The notes beneath the pieces were generated by a model that worked only from the letters and a program-made list of their open reading frames with translations, ran no database searches and had not been told where the DNA came from. 64,000 nucleotides of DNA, taken from assembly GCA_045545895.1 (NCBI GenBank), contig JAZQBW010000070.1, forward strand, positions 17,089 to 81,088. Reading direction: 5' to 3'. The position numbers were made by a program, and so were the translations under genes. Source of the stretch: Faecalimonas sp. (lineage in GTDB: Bacteria; Bacillota; Clostridia; Lachnospirales; Lachnospiraceae). Positions 1 to 10,380 of this stretch are shown one piece after another (within the stretch, counting starts at the first letter, position 1; every line of letters begins with the position of its first letter).

Positions 1-1765
1 ACATATCATCTTCTGCATTCAGGGTAGTGAAATGAAAGTTCTCGGTCAAATATTGAAAACCAAGAGCCGGTGTAATCTCAGTCAATTTCTTTACAGAACA
101 TACGTTGGCAGATTGGGTAATACAATCTCGGATAGTGAGATTGCCTTTGTACCAATCACCCCACCAGTTGCCTACTTTTTTACCATTGTTGTATTTAAAT
201 GCAGAGTCTTCAATTACCGTTGCCAGTGTATCGCCGTAACTATCCAAAGCAGGAACGAAGGTAGATAGCACCTTAAAACAAGAACCAGGTTGTCTGGTTG
301 ATTGTGTGGCACGGTTTAAACTCATGTTTTCTGTCTTTTCACCACGACCGCCTACAATTGCTTTCACATATCCGGTATATTGATCCATGACAACGAAGGA
401 AGCTTGTGGCTGAGGTGTAATATTCACACGTTTGATTACGGTGTCATTTTCTGATGTCTTTAGTGACTCGATGTATTCCTCGACCATCTCATTGGCTTCT
501 TCCTCTGAATCGAAAGTTGTTCCATATACCGTATAGTTATCACCATCATATACCGTGTAGTCATCTTCGTAGTTTTCAGCTACATAGTTATTTAATCCAT
601 TGTGGTCATAATGATCCTGAGTCTCATCTTCGTGAATAATAGAAATTGCGCAACTCACACCCCATTTTACAGAGGATGGGTAGTTGTCTGGATTGCTCAG
701 TTCTTCCTCGCAGATTTTTTGCATCTCAATATCTTGTGTGGAGATAATTTTTAAACCACCGCTATACACTGCATTGTGAGCCTGAGTTTCTGTGTAGCCC
801 AGTTCGTTGCACAAGTCAGCCATTACCTGTTTTGCAACCTCATCAATAAAGTAAGAGTTGATGGTAATGCTCTCTGTATATTCGGTATTTGTAACCTGAA
901 TGCGGTCGTAAACATCATCTGCAATTGCTTCATCGTATTCTGCTTGCGTAATAAATTCCTGTTCCAACATATCATCCAAAACCTTTTTGCGGCGTTTCGC
1001 GTTGGCTTCCGGATTGGTAATCGGATTCAGGTTACCTGGGCTTTGGGTAATTCCTGCGATAGTTGCACTTTCGGATAAGGTTAACTCGCCTACGTCTTTT
1101 CCAAAGTATCGTCTGGAAGCAGCCTGAACTCCTAGAGTGTTTTGCCCAAGGTTAATCGTATTTAAATAGTTTTCTAAGATAATATCCTTATCGTTTATCT
1201 CTTTTTCGATTTGGACTGCAAGATACAGCTCCTGTATCTTACGTTCAACTCTTTCCCAAGTCGTTTCATTAATAAAGTTAGGGAAAACACTGTTCTTAAT
1301 TAATTGCTGTGTAATGGTGCTGGCACCTTGAGAGAAGTTTCCGGACATGATTCCCGTAATTCCTGCTCTTGCAATTCCTTTTATATCAATTCCGTTATGT
1401 TCTCTAAAACGGGAATCTTCTACTGCAATGAAAGCATTTTGCATATCTTCAGGAATCTCATCAATCGTTACGTAGATACGATTAGAACCGGCATCCACAA
1501 AGGTATCAAGTACCGTTTCGCCATCATTTGCATAAACAGTTGACATATGTGCGGAAGGTTTAATATCTTCTGCTGTAATGTTTGGTGTATCATCAATTAT
1601 TTTTTTGAAAAGAAGTCCACCGATAATAATGCCGACGACACCAACTAATAAACAGATAATCAGAAATGCCTTAAAAAAGCGAACCATCATCTGTTTTTTT
1701 CTTCTCGCGGCCTTTGAGGAAATCTTTTCGCGGCGCTTTGAAGCGTTTTTTCTACCATAATTCAT
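1..1765 (-). CDS. Class A penicillin-binding protein (PBP1A family), 3' end runs off the window
   Basis: Absent from the ORF track. Read by hand from ATG at 1765 (SD AAGGAGG): MNYGRKNASKRR..., a TM segment, transglycosylase motifs EDSRFREHNGID and GASTITQQLIKN, and transpeptidase SxxK in RQPGSCFK. Confidence 0.93.
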   Translation of the reverse strand, partial: MNYGRKNASKRREKISSKAARRKKQMMVRFFKAFLIICLLVGVVGIIIGGLLFKKIIDDTPNITAEDIKPSAHMSTVYANDGETVLDTFVDAGSNRIYVTIDEIPEDMQNAFIAVEDSRFREHNGIDIKGIARAGITGIMSGNFSQGASTITQQLIKNSVFPNFINETTWERVERKIQELYLAVQIEKEINDKDIILENYLNTINLGQNTLGVQAASRRYFGKDVGELTLSESATIAGITQSPGNLNPITNPEANAKRRKKVLDDMLEQEFITQAEYDEAIADDVYDRIQVTNTEYTESITINSYFIDEVAKQVMADLCNELGYTETQAHNAVYSGGLKIISTQDIEMQKICEEELSNPDNYPSSVKWGVSCAISIIHEDETQDHYDHNGLNNYVAENYEDDYTVYDGDNYTVYGTTFDSEEEANEMVEEYIESLKTSENDTVIKRVNITPQPQASFVVMDQYTGYVKAIVGGRGEKTENMSLNRATQSTRQPGSCFKVLSTFVPALDSYGDTLATVIEDSAFKYNNGKKVGNWWGDWYKGNLTIRDCITQSANVCSVKKLTEITPALGFQYLTENFHFTTLNAEDDM

Positions 1766-1927
1766 GAATATAGCCTCCTTTATCCGAAGAACATTATAGC
1801 AAACTTGGTGTGTTAAATAAAGGAAAAAATAAAAACTTCATATTTTCTAAGGAAAATTTTAAGAAAATGTTGTGGAAAAGAGTCTAAAACTGATATAGTA
1901 ATAGAAAATGTTAAGAAGGTGGAAGGT

Positions 1928-2584
1928 ATGTTAAGCCAGTACAAAACAGTTTATGCCGGTGGAGAAGCCGAGATTATAGAAAAAAAGTCCAGATTTATTG
2001 CCACGGTAAAGCCAGTGAAGAGCGAAGAAGAGGCAATTGCTTTTATTGAGGGATTAAAGAAAAAATATTGGAATGCCACCCATAATTGCTCCGCCTATGT
2101 CATTGGAGAACATTTCCAGATTCAGCGCTGCAGTGATGATGGGGAACCTAGTGGTACTGCAGGAAAGCCTATGTTGGATGTGCTTTTGGGGGATGAACTA
2201 CATGATACGGCAGTGGTAGTGACACGATATTTTGGGGGAACGCTACTTGGAACCGGAGGACTGGTGCGGGCATATCAGGCGTCCACGAAAGCAGGTTTGG
2301 AAGCAAGCACTGTGATTACCAAGATGCACGGTAGCAGGGTATCAGTTGAGACCGATTACACCGGACTTGGGAAAATACAATACATTCTTGGACAGCGAGG
2401 ACTTACCATTCTGAATTCGCAGTACACAGACAAGGTTGCATTGGAGGTGCTTTTGCCGGAGGCGGAAGTGAAGACCGTGATGGCAGAGATTACGGAAGGA
2501 ACCAATGGGCAGGCCGTGATGGAAGTGATGGAAGAATGCTATTTTGCAAATGTAAATGGGGAAATGCTTATATTTGAGGGATGA
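1928..2584 (+). CDS. yigZ: YigZ/IMPACT family protein
   Basis: EKKSRFIA, ATHNCSAY, SDDGEPSGTAGKP, VTRYFGGTLLGTGGLVRAY motifs; ATG 1928 preferred over GTG 1919. Confidence 0.92.
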   Translation: MLSQYKTVYAGGEAEIIEKKSRFIATVKPVKSEEEAIAFIEGLKKKYWNATHNCSAYVIGEHFQIQRCSDDGEPSGTAGKPMLDVLLGDELHDTAVVVTRYFGGTLLGTGGLVRAYQASTKAGLEASTVITKMHGSRVSVETDYTGLGKIQYILGQRGLTILNSQYTDKVALEVLLPEAEVKTVMAEITEGTNGQAVMEVMEECYFANVNGEMLIFEG

Positions 2585-2614
2585 AAAATCTCCCAATATT
2601 TGTCAGAGAGTCAT

Positions 2615-2642
2615 AAAAAGGGTGCCACATTTGTGACACCCT
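2615..2642. terminator. Hairpin between convergent yigZ and hpf (probable terminator)
   Basis: agggtgccaca/tgtgacaccct stem with an A-run on the left (U-tract on the - strand). Confidence 0.7.
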
Positions 2643-2652
2643 GTAATTTTGT

Positions 2653-3183
2653 CTAGAATTCTGGTTCGATCAAACCATACATACCATCTTTTCGTTTGTA
2701 GACCACGTTTACTTCATCTGTCTCAGCATTTCTGAATACAAAGAAATTGTGACCCAAGAGTTCCATCTGCACACATGCGTCTTCCGGGAACATTGGTTTC
2801 ATACCAAAACGTTTTGTACGGATAATCTTAACATCATCCTCATCAAACCCATCATCCAAGTCCATAAAGTCAGGTTGCAGATTGCCGCCTTCCTGATGCT
2901 TGTCAATGATTTTGTTCTTGTACTTGCGAAGCTGACGTTCAATAACTTCTTCCACAAGGTCAATGGATACATACATATCATCACTGACTTGTTCGGAACG
3001 GATAATGGTTCCTTTCACCGGAATGGTGACTTCAATCTTTTGGCGTTCTTTTTCTACGCTGAGAGTAACAATGATTTCCGTGGTAGGAGTGAAATACCTT
3101 TCAAGTTTTCCTAATTTTTGCTCGATGGTAGACCTCAATCCAGAAGTTACATCGATGTTTTTGCCGCTAATAATAAATTTCAT
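2653..3183 (-). CDS. hpf: Ribosome hibernation promoting factor, long form
   Basis: MKFIISGKNIDVT..., DMYVSIDLV, C-terminal KPM..E.A..QMELLGHNFFVF..VVYKRKDG domain; SD AAGGAG. Confidence 0.95.
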   Translation of the reverse strand: MKFIISGKNIDVTSGLRSTIEQKLGKLERYFTPTTEIIVTLSVEKERQKIEVTIPVKGTIIRSEQVSDDMYVSIDLVEEVIERQLRKYKNKIIDKHQEGGNLQPDFMDLDDGFDEDDVKIIRTKRFGMKPMFPEDACVQMELLGHNFFVFRNAETDEVNVVYKRKDGMYGLIEPEF

Positions 3184-3220
3184 GCAGTTCAACTCCTTTT
3201 CAATATATTTTTATGTGCTT

Positions 3221-3249
3221 ATTATACAATTAATTTATATGATGCGCAA
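3221..3249 (-). promoter_or_regulatory. sigmaA-type promoter of hpf
   Basis: TTGCGC-17-TATAAT on the - strand. Confidence 0.6.
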
Positions 3250-3295
3250 TAAAAATATAGAAAATTCACAATTACAAATCAAAAAAGACTGACAA

Positions 3296-5125
3296 TTATT
3301 GGAATTTTTCTCGTTTGCGGAGTCTTGCATCTAAAGTCTTTTTACGGATACGAAGATTCTTCGGAGTTACCTCCAATAATTCATCCGTATCAATAAAGTC
3401 TAAGGCTTCTTCCAAACTTAAGGTACGTGGGGTGGTAAGTCTTAGGGCATCGTCGGAACCGGAAGCACGGGTGTTGGTCAGATGTTTGGTTTTGCATACA
3501 TTAAGTTCAATGTCGTCCGTTTTTCCGTTTTGCCCGATTACCATACCAGCATAGACCTTTTCCCCAGGACCAATAAACAGGGTTCCGCGTTCCTGAGCAC
3601 TGTAAAGTCCGTAAGTAACAGATTCTCCTGTTTCAAAAGCAATCAGAGAACCTTGTTTTCGGTATTGAATGTCCCCTTTGTATGGCGCATAGCCTTCAAA
3701 GGAAGTGTTCAAGATGCCATTGCCCTTTGTGTCGGTAAGAAATTCTCCACGATATCCAATTAAGCCACGAGCCGGGATGGAGAAAACAAGGCGAGTGCTG
3801 CTACCGTTAGAGGCGCTCATGCTTTGTAATTCCCCTTTTCTTTGGCTCAGTTTGTCGATAACAGTTCCCGTAAACTCGTCTGGCACATCAATGTATGCCG
3901 TTTCAATTGGTTCTAACACTTTACCATTTTCATCTTTCTTATAAAGAACCTCTGCCTTGCTGACTGCAAACTCGTAGCCCTCACGTCTCATGTTTTCAAT
4001 CAAAACAGATAAATGAAGTTCTCCGCGGCCAGATACTTTGAAGCTATCTGTACTTTCTTCTGATTCTTCTACTCGGAGGCTCACATCTGTGTTCAATTCT
4101 CTCAGGAGTCGGTCGCGCAAATGACGTGAAGTTACATATTTTCCTTCTTGTCCTGCAAACGGACTGTCGTTTACGATAAACTGCATTGCAATGGTCGGCT
4201 CTGATATTTTTTGAAACGGAATGGCAGTTGGATTTTCAGGGGAACAAAGGGTATCTCCAATGGCAATATCCGTAATTCCGGAAATTGCAACAATGGAGCC
4301 GATGGAAGCTTCTTTCACTTCTACCTTATTCAATCCATCAAATTCGTAGAGTTTACTGATTTTCACTTTCTTTTGCTTGTCAGGCTCGTGGGCGTTTACC
4401 ACAACCATGTCTTGATTGATACGAATTTTTCCATTATCTACTTTTCCAATTCCAATACGGCCCACATACTCGTTATAATCGATGGTGCTGATTAACACCT
4501 GGGTGTCGGCCTCTGGATCACCCTCCGGTGCCGGAATGTAATCCAGAATGGTTTCAAAGAGCGGAACCATGTTTTGAGGGTCTTCGGTTAAATCTAAAAC
4601 AGCATGACCGGCCTTGGCAGAAGCGTAGACAAAAGGGCAGTCCAGCTGTTCGTCTGAGGCATCTAAATCCATGAATAATTCCAGAACTTCGTCGATTACT
4701 TCATCAGGTCTGGCTTCCGGCCGATCTATTTTGTTAATGCATACGATTACGGGAAGGTCTAGCTCCAATGCCTTTTTTAATACAAATTTTGTTTGCGGCA
4801 TGGCACCCTCAAAGGCATCCACCACCAAGATTACGCCGTTTACCATCTTGAGCACACGTTCTACTTCGCCGCCGAAGTCTGCATGACCCGGGGTGTCAAT
4901 AATATTTATTTTGGTGTTCTTATAATATACGGCAGTATTTTTTGCCAAAATGGTAATGCCACGCTCCCTTTCAATATCGTTGGAGTCCATGACACGTTCG
5001 GCCACTTCCTGGTTTTCACGGAACACACCACTTTGTTTTAAAAGTTCATCTACCAATGTTGTTTTCCCGTGGTCAACATGGGCGATGATGGCAATATTTC
5101 GAATATCTTCACGTGTTGTTTTCAT
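3296..5125 (-). CDS. typA: Translational GTPase TypA/BipA
   Basis: [46 protein letters not shown]. Confidence 0.97.
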   Translation of the reverse strand: MKTTREDIRNIAIIAHVDHGKTTLVDELLKQSGVFRENQEVAERVMDSNDIERERGITILAKNTAVYYKNTKINIIDTPGHADFGGEVERVLKMVNGVILVVDAFEGAMPQTKFVLKKALELDLPVIVCINKIDRPEARPDEVIDEVLELFMDLDASDEQLDCPFVYASAKAGHAVLDLTEDPQNMVPLFETILDYIPAPEGDPEADTQVLISTIDYNEYVGRIGIGKVDNGKIRINQDMVVVNAHEPDKQKKVKISKLYEFDGLNKVEVKEASIGSIVAISGITDIAIGDTLCSPENPTAIPFQKISEPTIAMQFIVNDSPFAGQEGKYVTSRHLRDRLLRELNTDVSLRVEESEESTDSFKVSGRGELHLSVLIENMRREGYEFAVSKAEVLYKKDENGKVLEPIETAYIDVPDEFTGTVIDKLSQRKGELQSMSASNGSSTRLVFSIPARGLIGYRGEFLTDTKGNGILNTSFEGYAPYKGDIQYRKQGSLIAFETGESVTYGLYSAQERGTLFIGPGEKVYAGMVIGQNGKTDDIELNVCKTKHLTNTRASGSDDALRLTTPRTLSLEEALDFIDTDELLEVTPKNLRIRKKTLDARLRKREKFQ

Positions 5126-5201
5126 ACAAATCTTCCTTTCTTCTATAACGCAATTATTCTAGCACATTCTAAAGAATTTGCAATAAATTTGTATTTATGA
5201 A

Positions 5202-5230
5202 TTGAAAAAAGGGGATGTAAATGCTATACT
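5202..5230 (+). promoter_or_regulatory. sigmaA-type promoter upstream of the ssb-like gene
   Basis: TTGAAA-17-TATACT with TG extension. Confidence 0.6.
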
Positions 5231-5407
5231 TCGTGTGTACAACAATCTAAGTTGTGCGTTCATTTTTTACTTGGTCATTCGACCAACAAAATCCACGTTA
5301 AAAAATAAATGCGAAGAAACAAATTTTTTCGTCATAAAAGTAAACATGCATTCATATATTAACTAATGAATGAAAAGTACAATTCAGAGGAAGGAGATTT
5401 TAAATTC

Positions 5408-6037
5408 ATGTCAGATAAGATTATCGAAAACAATCAAGTAACAATTATAGGAGAAGTAGCATCGGAGTTCACCTTCAGTCATGAAGTGTTTGGAGAAGGA
5501 TTCTACATGGTGGATGTATTGGTCAAACGTCTAAGTAATTCGGATGACCGGATTCCGCTAATGATTTCAGAGCGCCTAATTGATGTAACCCAGGATTATA
5601 CAGGGGAGTACATTATGGCAACAGGGCAATTCCGCTCTTATAATCAACACGAGGAAAAGAAAAACAGGCTGGTACTTTCCGTGTTTGTCAGAGAGGTGTC
5701 ATTTGTAGAGGAAGAGCTAGATGGAGCAAAAACAAATACCATTTTGCTAGATGGATACATTTGCAAACGCCCAATCTATCGAAAAACTCCATTGGGAAGA
5801 GAGATAGCGGACCTACTTTTGGCAGTCAATAGACCTTATGGCAAATCGGATTACATACCATGCATCTGCTGGGGCAGGAACGCCAGATTTGCTTCAGGTT
5901 TTGAAGTGGGTGAGCATGTGCAGGTGTTAGGCAGAATTCAAAGTAGAGAGTATGTAAAAAAATTGTCGGAAACAGAAACAGAGAAACGGATTGCATATGA
6001 AGTTTCTGTAAGTAAATTAGAGTGTGTCGTACATTGA
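5408..6037 (+). CDS. Single-stranded DNA-binding protein with two OB folds (clostridial SSB/PriB-like)
   Basis: Two SSB-like halves (NQVTIIG...GQFRSYN; NTILLDGYICK...SDYIPCICWGRNA...GRIQSREY); no acidic C-tail; SD AAGGAG before ATG 5408. Confidence 0.85.
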   Translation: MSDKIIENNQVTIIGEVASEFTFSHEVFGEGFYMVDVLVKRLSNSDDRIPLMISERLIDVTQDYTGEYIMATGQFRSYNQHEEKKNRLVLSVFVREVSFVEEELDGAKTNTILLDGYICKRPIYRKTPLGREIADLLLAVNRPYGKSDYIPCICWGRNARFASGFEVGEHVQVLGRIQSREYVKKLSETETEKRIAYEVSVSKLECVVH

Positions 6038-6062
6038 CATTAAAGGGAAATAGTGCTAAAAT
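6034..6062 (+). promoter_or_regulatory. sigmaA promoter of dapA
   Basis: TTGACA-17-TAAAAT with TG extension. Confidence 0.7.
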
Positions 6063-6100
6063 CCTGTAAAAAGGTTGATTTTTGTTAGAGGAGGAGTAAG

Positions 6101-6985
6101 ATGGCTATTTTTACAGGAGCAGGTGTTGCGATTATCACACCATTCCATGCGGACGGAAGTATTAATTATAACAAATTAGAAGAATTAATCGATTTCCATT
6201 GTAATAATGGAACAGATAGTATTATCATATGTGGAACCACAGGGGAATCTGCAACATTATCAGAAGCGGAACATGTGGAATGCATTAAAAAGGCAGTAGA
6301 GTTTACAAGAGGAAGAATTCCTGTTGTGGCAGGAACCGGGTCTAACTCCACACAAACAGCAATTGAATTGTCAGTAGCTGCAGTGGAAGCCGGAGTAGAT
6401 GGTCTTTTGGTTGTAACTCCATATTACAATAAAGCAACACAGCAAGGATTGATAGGGCATTATACAGCCATTGCAAAAGAAGCAAAAGCACCGATTATTA
6501 TGTACAGTGTGGCTAGCAGAACAGGTTGTAATATTGAGCCTGCAACAGCGGCAACATTGGTGAAAAACGTAGACAATATTGTTGGTATCAAGGAAGCATC
6601 CGGAAATATTTCTCAGATTGCGAAAATCATGAATTTGACGGATGGAAAGATTGATTTATATTCGGGAAATGATGATCAGATTGTACCGATTTTGTCACTT
6701 GGCGGTCTTGGTGTTATCTCTGTATTATCAAACGTTGCACCGAAGGAGACACACGACATCTGTGCAAAATGGTTTGCTGGCGATGTAAAGGGCAGTGCTC
6801 AGTTACAGCTTAAAGCACTTCCACTTGTGGACGCATTATTCAGTGAAGTGAATCCAATTCCGGTAAAGAAGGCTGTAAGTCTTATGGGGCACGATGTAGG
6901 AGGCCTGCGCATGCCACTGACAGAACTTACAAAAGCCAACGAAGAAAAGCTTGTAAAAGCGATGAAAGAGTTTGGGATTTTATAG
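6101..6985 (+). CDS. dapA: 4-hydroxy-tetrahydrodipicolinate synthase
   Basis: GTTGES, VTPYYNK, GIKEASG Schiff-base Lys, NPIPVK. Confidence 0.96.
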   Translation: MAIFTGAGVAIITPFHADGSINYNKLEELIDFHCNNGTDSIIICGTTGESATLSEAEHVECIKKAVEFTRGRIPVVAGTGSNSTQTAIELSVAAVEAGVDGLLVVTPYYNKATQQGLIGHYTAIAKEAKAPIIMYSVASRTGCNIEPATAATLVKNVDNIVGIKEASGNISQIAKIMNLTDGKIDLYSGNDDQIVPILSLGGLGVISVLSNVAPKETHDICAKWFAGDVKGSAQLQLKALPLVDALFSEVNPIPVKKAVSLMGHDVGGLRMPLTELTKANEEKLVKAMKEFGIL

Positions 6986-6998
6986 AATGTGAGAAAAT

Positions 6999-7028
6999 GG
7001 GAGTTTGTTTTGCAAACTCCCTCTTTTT
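6999..7028 (+). terminator. Terminator-like hairpin after dapA, overlapping a possible dapB promoter
   Basis: gggagtttg/caaactccc stem followed by tcttttt; TTGCAA-17-TACCAT starts in the loop. Confidence 0.55.
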
Positions 7029-7070
7029 ATGATACCATACCATTATGGAATACTTAGGGAGGATAAAAAC

Positions 7071-7829
7071 ATGGTGAAATTGATTATGCATGGCTGCAAT
7101 GGGAAAATGGGCCAGGTCATTAGTAAAATTGTAAAAGAGGATTCCGGCGTAGAGATGGTAGCCGGAATTGATAAATACACAGGAATCGCAAACGATTATC
7201 CGGTGTTCGAGAGCGTCGGGCAATGTGACGTGGAGGCAGACGTAATCATTGATTTTTCAAATGCTTCTGCAGTAGACGAATTACTGGATTATTGCGTTGA
7301 AAAAAATATGCCGGTTGTTCTTTGTACCACCGGTTTGACCGAGGAACAATTAGAGAAAGTAAGGAAAGCGAGCGAAAAGGTAGCAGTACTGAAATCGGCC
7401 AATATGTCATTGGGTGTAAATATGCTCTTGAAATTGTTGCAGGATGCGGCTAAGGTATTGGCACCGGCGGGATTTGATATCGAGCTTGTTGAAAAACACC
7501 ACAATCAAAAAGTAGATGCGCCAAGTGGTACGGCTTTAGCACTGGCTGATTCTATTAATCATGCTTTAAACGATGAATATACATATAATTACGACCGCAG
7601 TCAGGTTCGTCAGAAACGTGAGAAGAAAGAGATTGGAATTATGGCAGTACGTGGCGGCACCATTGTGGGAGAGCATGAGGTGATTTTTGCCGGGGAAGAT
7701 GAGGTAATTGAGTTCAAGCATACCGCATATTCAAAAGCAGTGTTTGGAAAGGGAGCAGTAGAGGCAGGAAAGTTCTTAAAAGGAAAAGGACCGGGTCTTT
7801 ACGACATGAAGGACGTCATTGGATTTTAA
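7071..7829 (+). CDS. dapB: 4-hydroxy-tetrahydrodipicolinate reductase
   Basis: GCNGKMG, CTTG, EKHHNQKVDAPSGTA, RGGTIVGEH. Confidence 0.96.
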   Translation: MVKLIMHGCNGKMGQVISKIVKEDSGVEMVAGIDKYTGIANDYPVFESVGQCDVEADVIIDFSNASAVDELLDYCVEKNMPVVLCTTGLTEEQLEKVRKASEKVAVLKSANMSLGVNMLLKLLQDAAKVLAPAGFDIELVEKHHNQKVDAPSGTALALADSINHALNDEYTYNYDRSQVRQKREKKEIGIMAVRGGTIVGEHEVIFAGEDEVIEFKHTAYSKAVFGKGAVEAGKFLKGKGPGLYDMKDVIGF

Positions 7830-7839
7830 GAAAGGTGAT

Positions 7840-9789
7840 ATGATGAGAGATTTAGAAGAAAAATATTTAGAAAGACTTTCTGAGCTATATCCTACTATTT
7901 CAGCAGCTTCAGCAGAAATTATTAATTTGCAATCTATTTTAAATCTTCCTAAGGGGACAGAACATTTTTTGACAGATATTCATGGAGAATACGAAGCATT
8001 TTTGCATGTGTTAAAAAATGGTTCCGGTTCGGTGAGAAGAAAGATTGACGAAGTATTTGGGAATACTTTGAGTAGCAAGGATAAAAAGGCTTTGGCTACG
8101 CTTATTTACTACCCAAAAGAAAAGATAAAACAGGTCATCAAGACGGAAGAAAATATGGCAGATTGGTATAAGATTACCTTATATCGTTTGATTGAAATCA
8201 GTAAATGTGTGGCAGAAAAGTATTCTCGCTCTAAAGTGAGAAAAGCGTTGCCTCAGGATTTTGCGTATATTATCGAAGAATTGATTACGGAAAAAGCAGA
8301 ATCGATTGATAAGGAATCTTATTATAACGAGATTGTACATACTATCATTCGACTGGATAGAGCAGAAGCTTTTATTGTTGCCATGAGCGAGTTGATTCAG
8401 AGATTGACGGTTGACCATTTGCATATTATCGGTGACATTTTCGATCGTGGTCCGGGCCCGCATATTATTATGGACCGTTTGTTAAAATATCACTCCGTAG
8501 ACATTCAATGGGGCAATCATGACGTATTGTGGATGGGAGCAGCGGCAGGACAGAAAGCATGTATTGCAAACGTAATCCGTAATTGCGCACGTTATGCCAA
8601 TATGGATGTTTTGGAAGAAGGATATGGCATCAATTTACTTCCGCTAGCTACATTTGCAAATGAAGTCTATCATGATGATCCGTGCGAATGCTTCAAATTA
8701 CGCGGAGATACGGATTACAATAAGTTGGAAGTAGAAACAGATATTAGAATGCATAAGGCCATTGCGATTATGCAGTTTAAACTGGAAGGCCAGCTGATTA
8801 TGGCCAATCCGGAATTTGCCATGGAATCCAGACTTCTTTTGGATAAAATCAATTATGAAAAAGGTACCATTATGATTGATGGAAAGGAATATGAGTTGTT
8901 AGACAACTACTTCCCAACAATCGATCCGAAGGACCCATATCGCTTGACTCCGGAAGAAGAGGATATTATGGAGCGTTTGGAAAAGGCATTTCTTGGATGT
9001 GAGAAATTACAGGAACATGCCAGATTCCTGCTTACCAAGGGAAGCCTATATAAGGTGTACAATTCCAACCTGTTATATCATGGTTGCATTCCGCTGAATG
9101 AAGACGGAACCTTTAAGGAAGTTCTTATCTTTGGCAAGAAGTTTCATGGGAAAATGCTCTATGAAAAATTAGACAGTTATATCCGAAAAGGTTTCTTTGC
9201 CTTAAACAAAAGAGACAGAGAGAACGGGAAGAATGTGATGTGGTATATCTGGCAGCACAAAGATTCTCCGTTGTTCGGCAAGGATAAGATGACCACTTTT
9301 GAGCGTTATTTTGTTGCCGATAAGGAAACTCATAAAGAAACAAAAAATGCGTATTATAAGTTAATCGAGAATGAAAAGGTTGTAGATTCTATCTTAGAAG
9401 AATTCGGTCTGGATGTAAACGAGTCCCATATTGTTAATGGGCATGTACCGGTAAAAAGAGGAGAAAAACCGGTGAAGTGTAACGGAAAGGTTCTGGTGAT
9501 TGATGGTGGATTTGCAAAAGCATATCAGAAAGAGACAGGACTTGCAGGATACACATTGATTTACAACTCTTACGGAATGATTCTCGTGGCTCATGAGCCT
9601 TTTGAATCTGCGGAAAAAGCCATACTGGAAGAAACGGATATTCATTCCGAAAGTATGACCGTAAATCGGACCATTTATCGTAAATATGTAGGTGATACAG
9701 ATATTGGCCGAGAGATTAAAGAGAACATTAAAGATTTGGAAAAACTCTTAGAAGCCTATCGTTCCGGAGAACTTAGCGAACGAGTGTAA
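7840..9789 (+). CDS. fbp: Fructose-1,6-bisphosphatase class III
   Basis: NLPKGTEHFLTDIHGEY, GDIFDRGP, QWGNHD, NGHVPVK, IDGGF. Confidence 0.94.
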   Translation: MMRDLEEKYLERLSELYPTISAASAEIINLQSILNLPKGTEHFLTDIHGEYEAFLHVLKNGSGSVRRKIDEVFGNTLSSKDKKALATLIYYPKEKIKQVIKTEENMADWYKITLYRLIEISKCVAEKYSRSKVRKALPQDFAYIIEELITEKAESIDKESYYNEIVHTIIRLDRAEAFIVAMSELIQRLTVDHLHIIGDIFDRGPGPHIIMDRLLKYHSVDIQWGNHDVLWMGAAAGQKACIANVIRNCARYANMDVLEEGYGINLLPLATFANEVYHDDPCECFKLRGDTDYNKLEVETDIRMHKAIAIMQFKLEGQLIMANPEFAMESRLLLDKINYEKGTIMIDGKEYELLDNYFPTIDPKDPYRLTPEEEDIMERLEKAFLGCEKLQEHARFLLTKGSLYKVYNSNLLYHGCIPLNEDGTFKEVLIFGKKFHGKMLYEKLDSYIRKGFFALNKRDRENGKNVMWYIWQHKDSPLFGKDKMTTFERYFVADKETHKETKNAYYKLIENEKVVDSILEEFGLDVNESHIVNGHVPVKRGEKPVKCNGKVLVIDGGFAKAYQKETGLAGYTLIYNSYGMILVAHEPFESAEKAILEETDIHSESMTVNRTIYRKYVGDTDIGREIKENIKDLEKLLEAYRSGELSERV

Positions 9790-9897
9790 AAATCTCCCAA
9801 TTGGAAATGTGGTATATATTTGGAGAAACTGTAAATATTACTATCAAGAAGTAATTCTTACAAAATTAATATATTGCTACATGAAAGGGAGACAAAT

Positions 9898-10272
9898 ATG
9901 AGAAAGTTCAAAAAAGTAATGTTATCAGTACTATGCGTAGGGGTGATTTTAGGAACAACTGCATGTGGCTCCAACAATGGTGCCAATGATGATGCGGCCA
10001 ATGATACAACTACACAGCAAAATGATGCAAATAATGTTGGCGGAACCAGCAATGGGGGAACCGACAATACAACGGGAGATAACAACAATGGTGGTGCCAT
10101 AGATGATTTAGGTAATGCTGTTGGTGATGGTATCAATGATGTTGGCGATGGTGTAAAGGATATTACCGATGATGTGACAGGTAATGATCAGAATAACACA
10201 AATGGTAACACAGATGACAACACTGACATGACAAACGATGCTACAAATGGCACAGCGAATCATAATCGATAG
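9898..10272 (+). CDS. Asn/Asp/Gly/Thr-rich low-complexity lipoprotein, function unknown
   Basis: Basic N-terminus, hydrophobic stretch, lipobox-like TTAC-G, then a polar low-complexity body; SD AAGGGAG. Confidence 0.75.
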   Translation: MRKFKKVMLSVLCVGVILGTTACGSNNGANDDAANDTTTQQNDANNVGGTSNGGTDNTTGDNNNGGAIDDLGNAVGDGINDVGDGVKDITDDVTGNDQNNTNGNTDDNTDMTNDATNGTANHNR

Positions 10273-10289
10273 AATGTAGTGTGATTTTT

Positions 10290-10322
10290 AAAGAGTGCAA
10301 CAGGATGTTGTACTCTTTTTTT
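10290..10322 (+). terminator. Intrinsic terminator
   Basis: aaagagtgcaaca/tgttgtactcttt stem plus T-run. Confidence 0.8.
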
Positions 10323-10380
10323 GCACATTAATCAAAAACATGCTATACTGACTACATATTTTGCAAAAACGGAGAAAACT

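Noticed and set aside
32-1760. Short + strand ORFs at the window start
   Set aside because: Shadows of the - strand PBP1A gene
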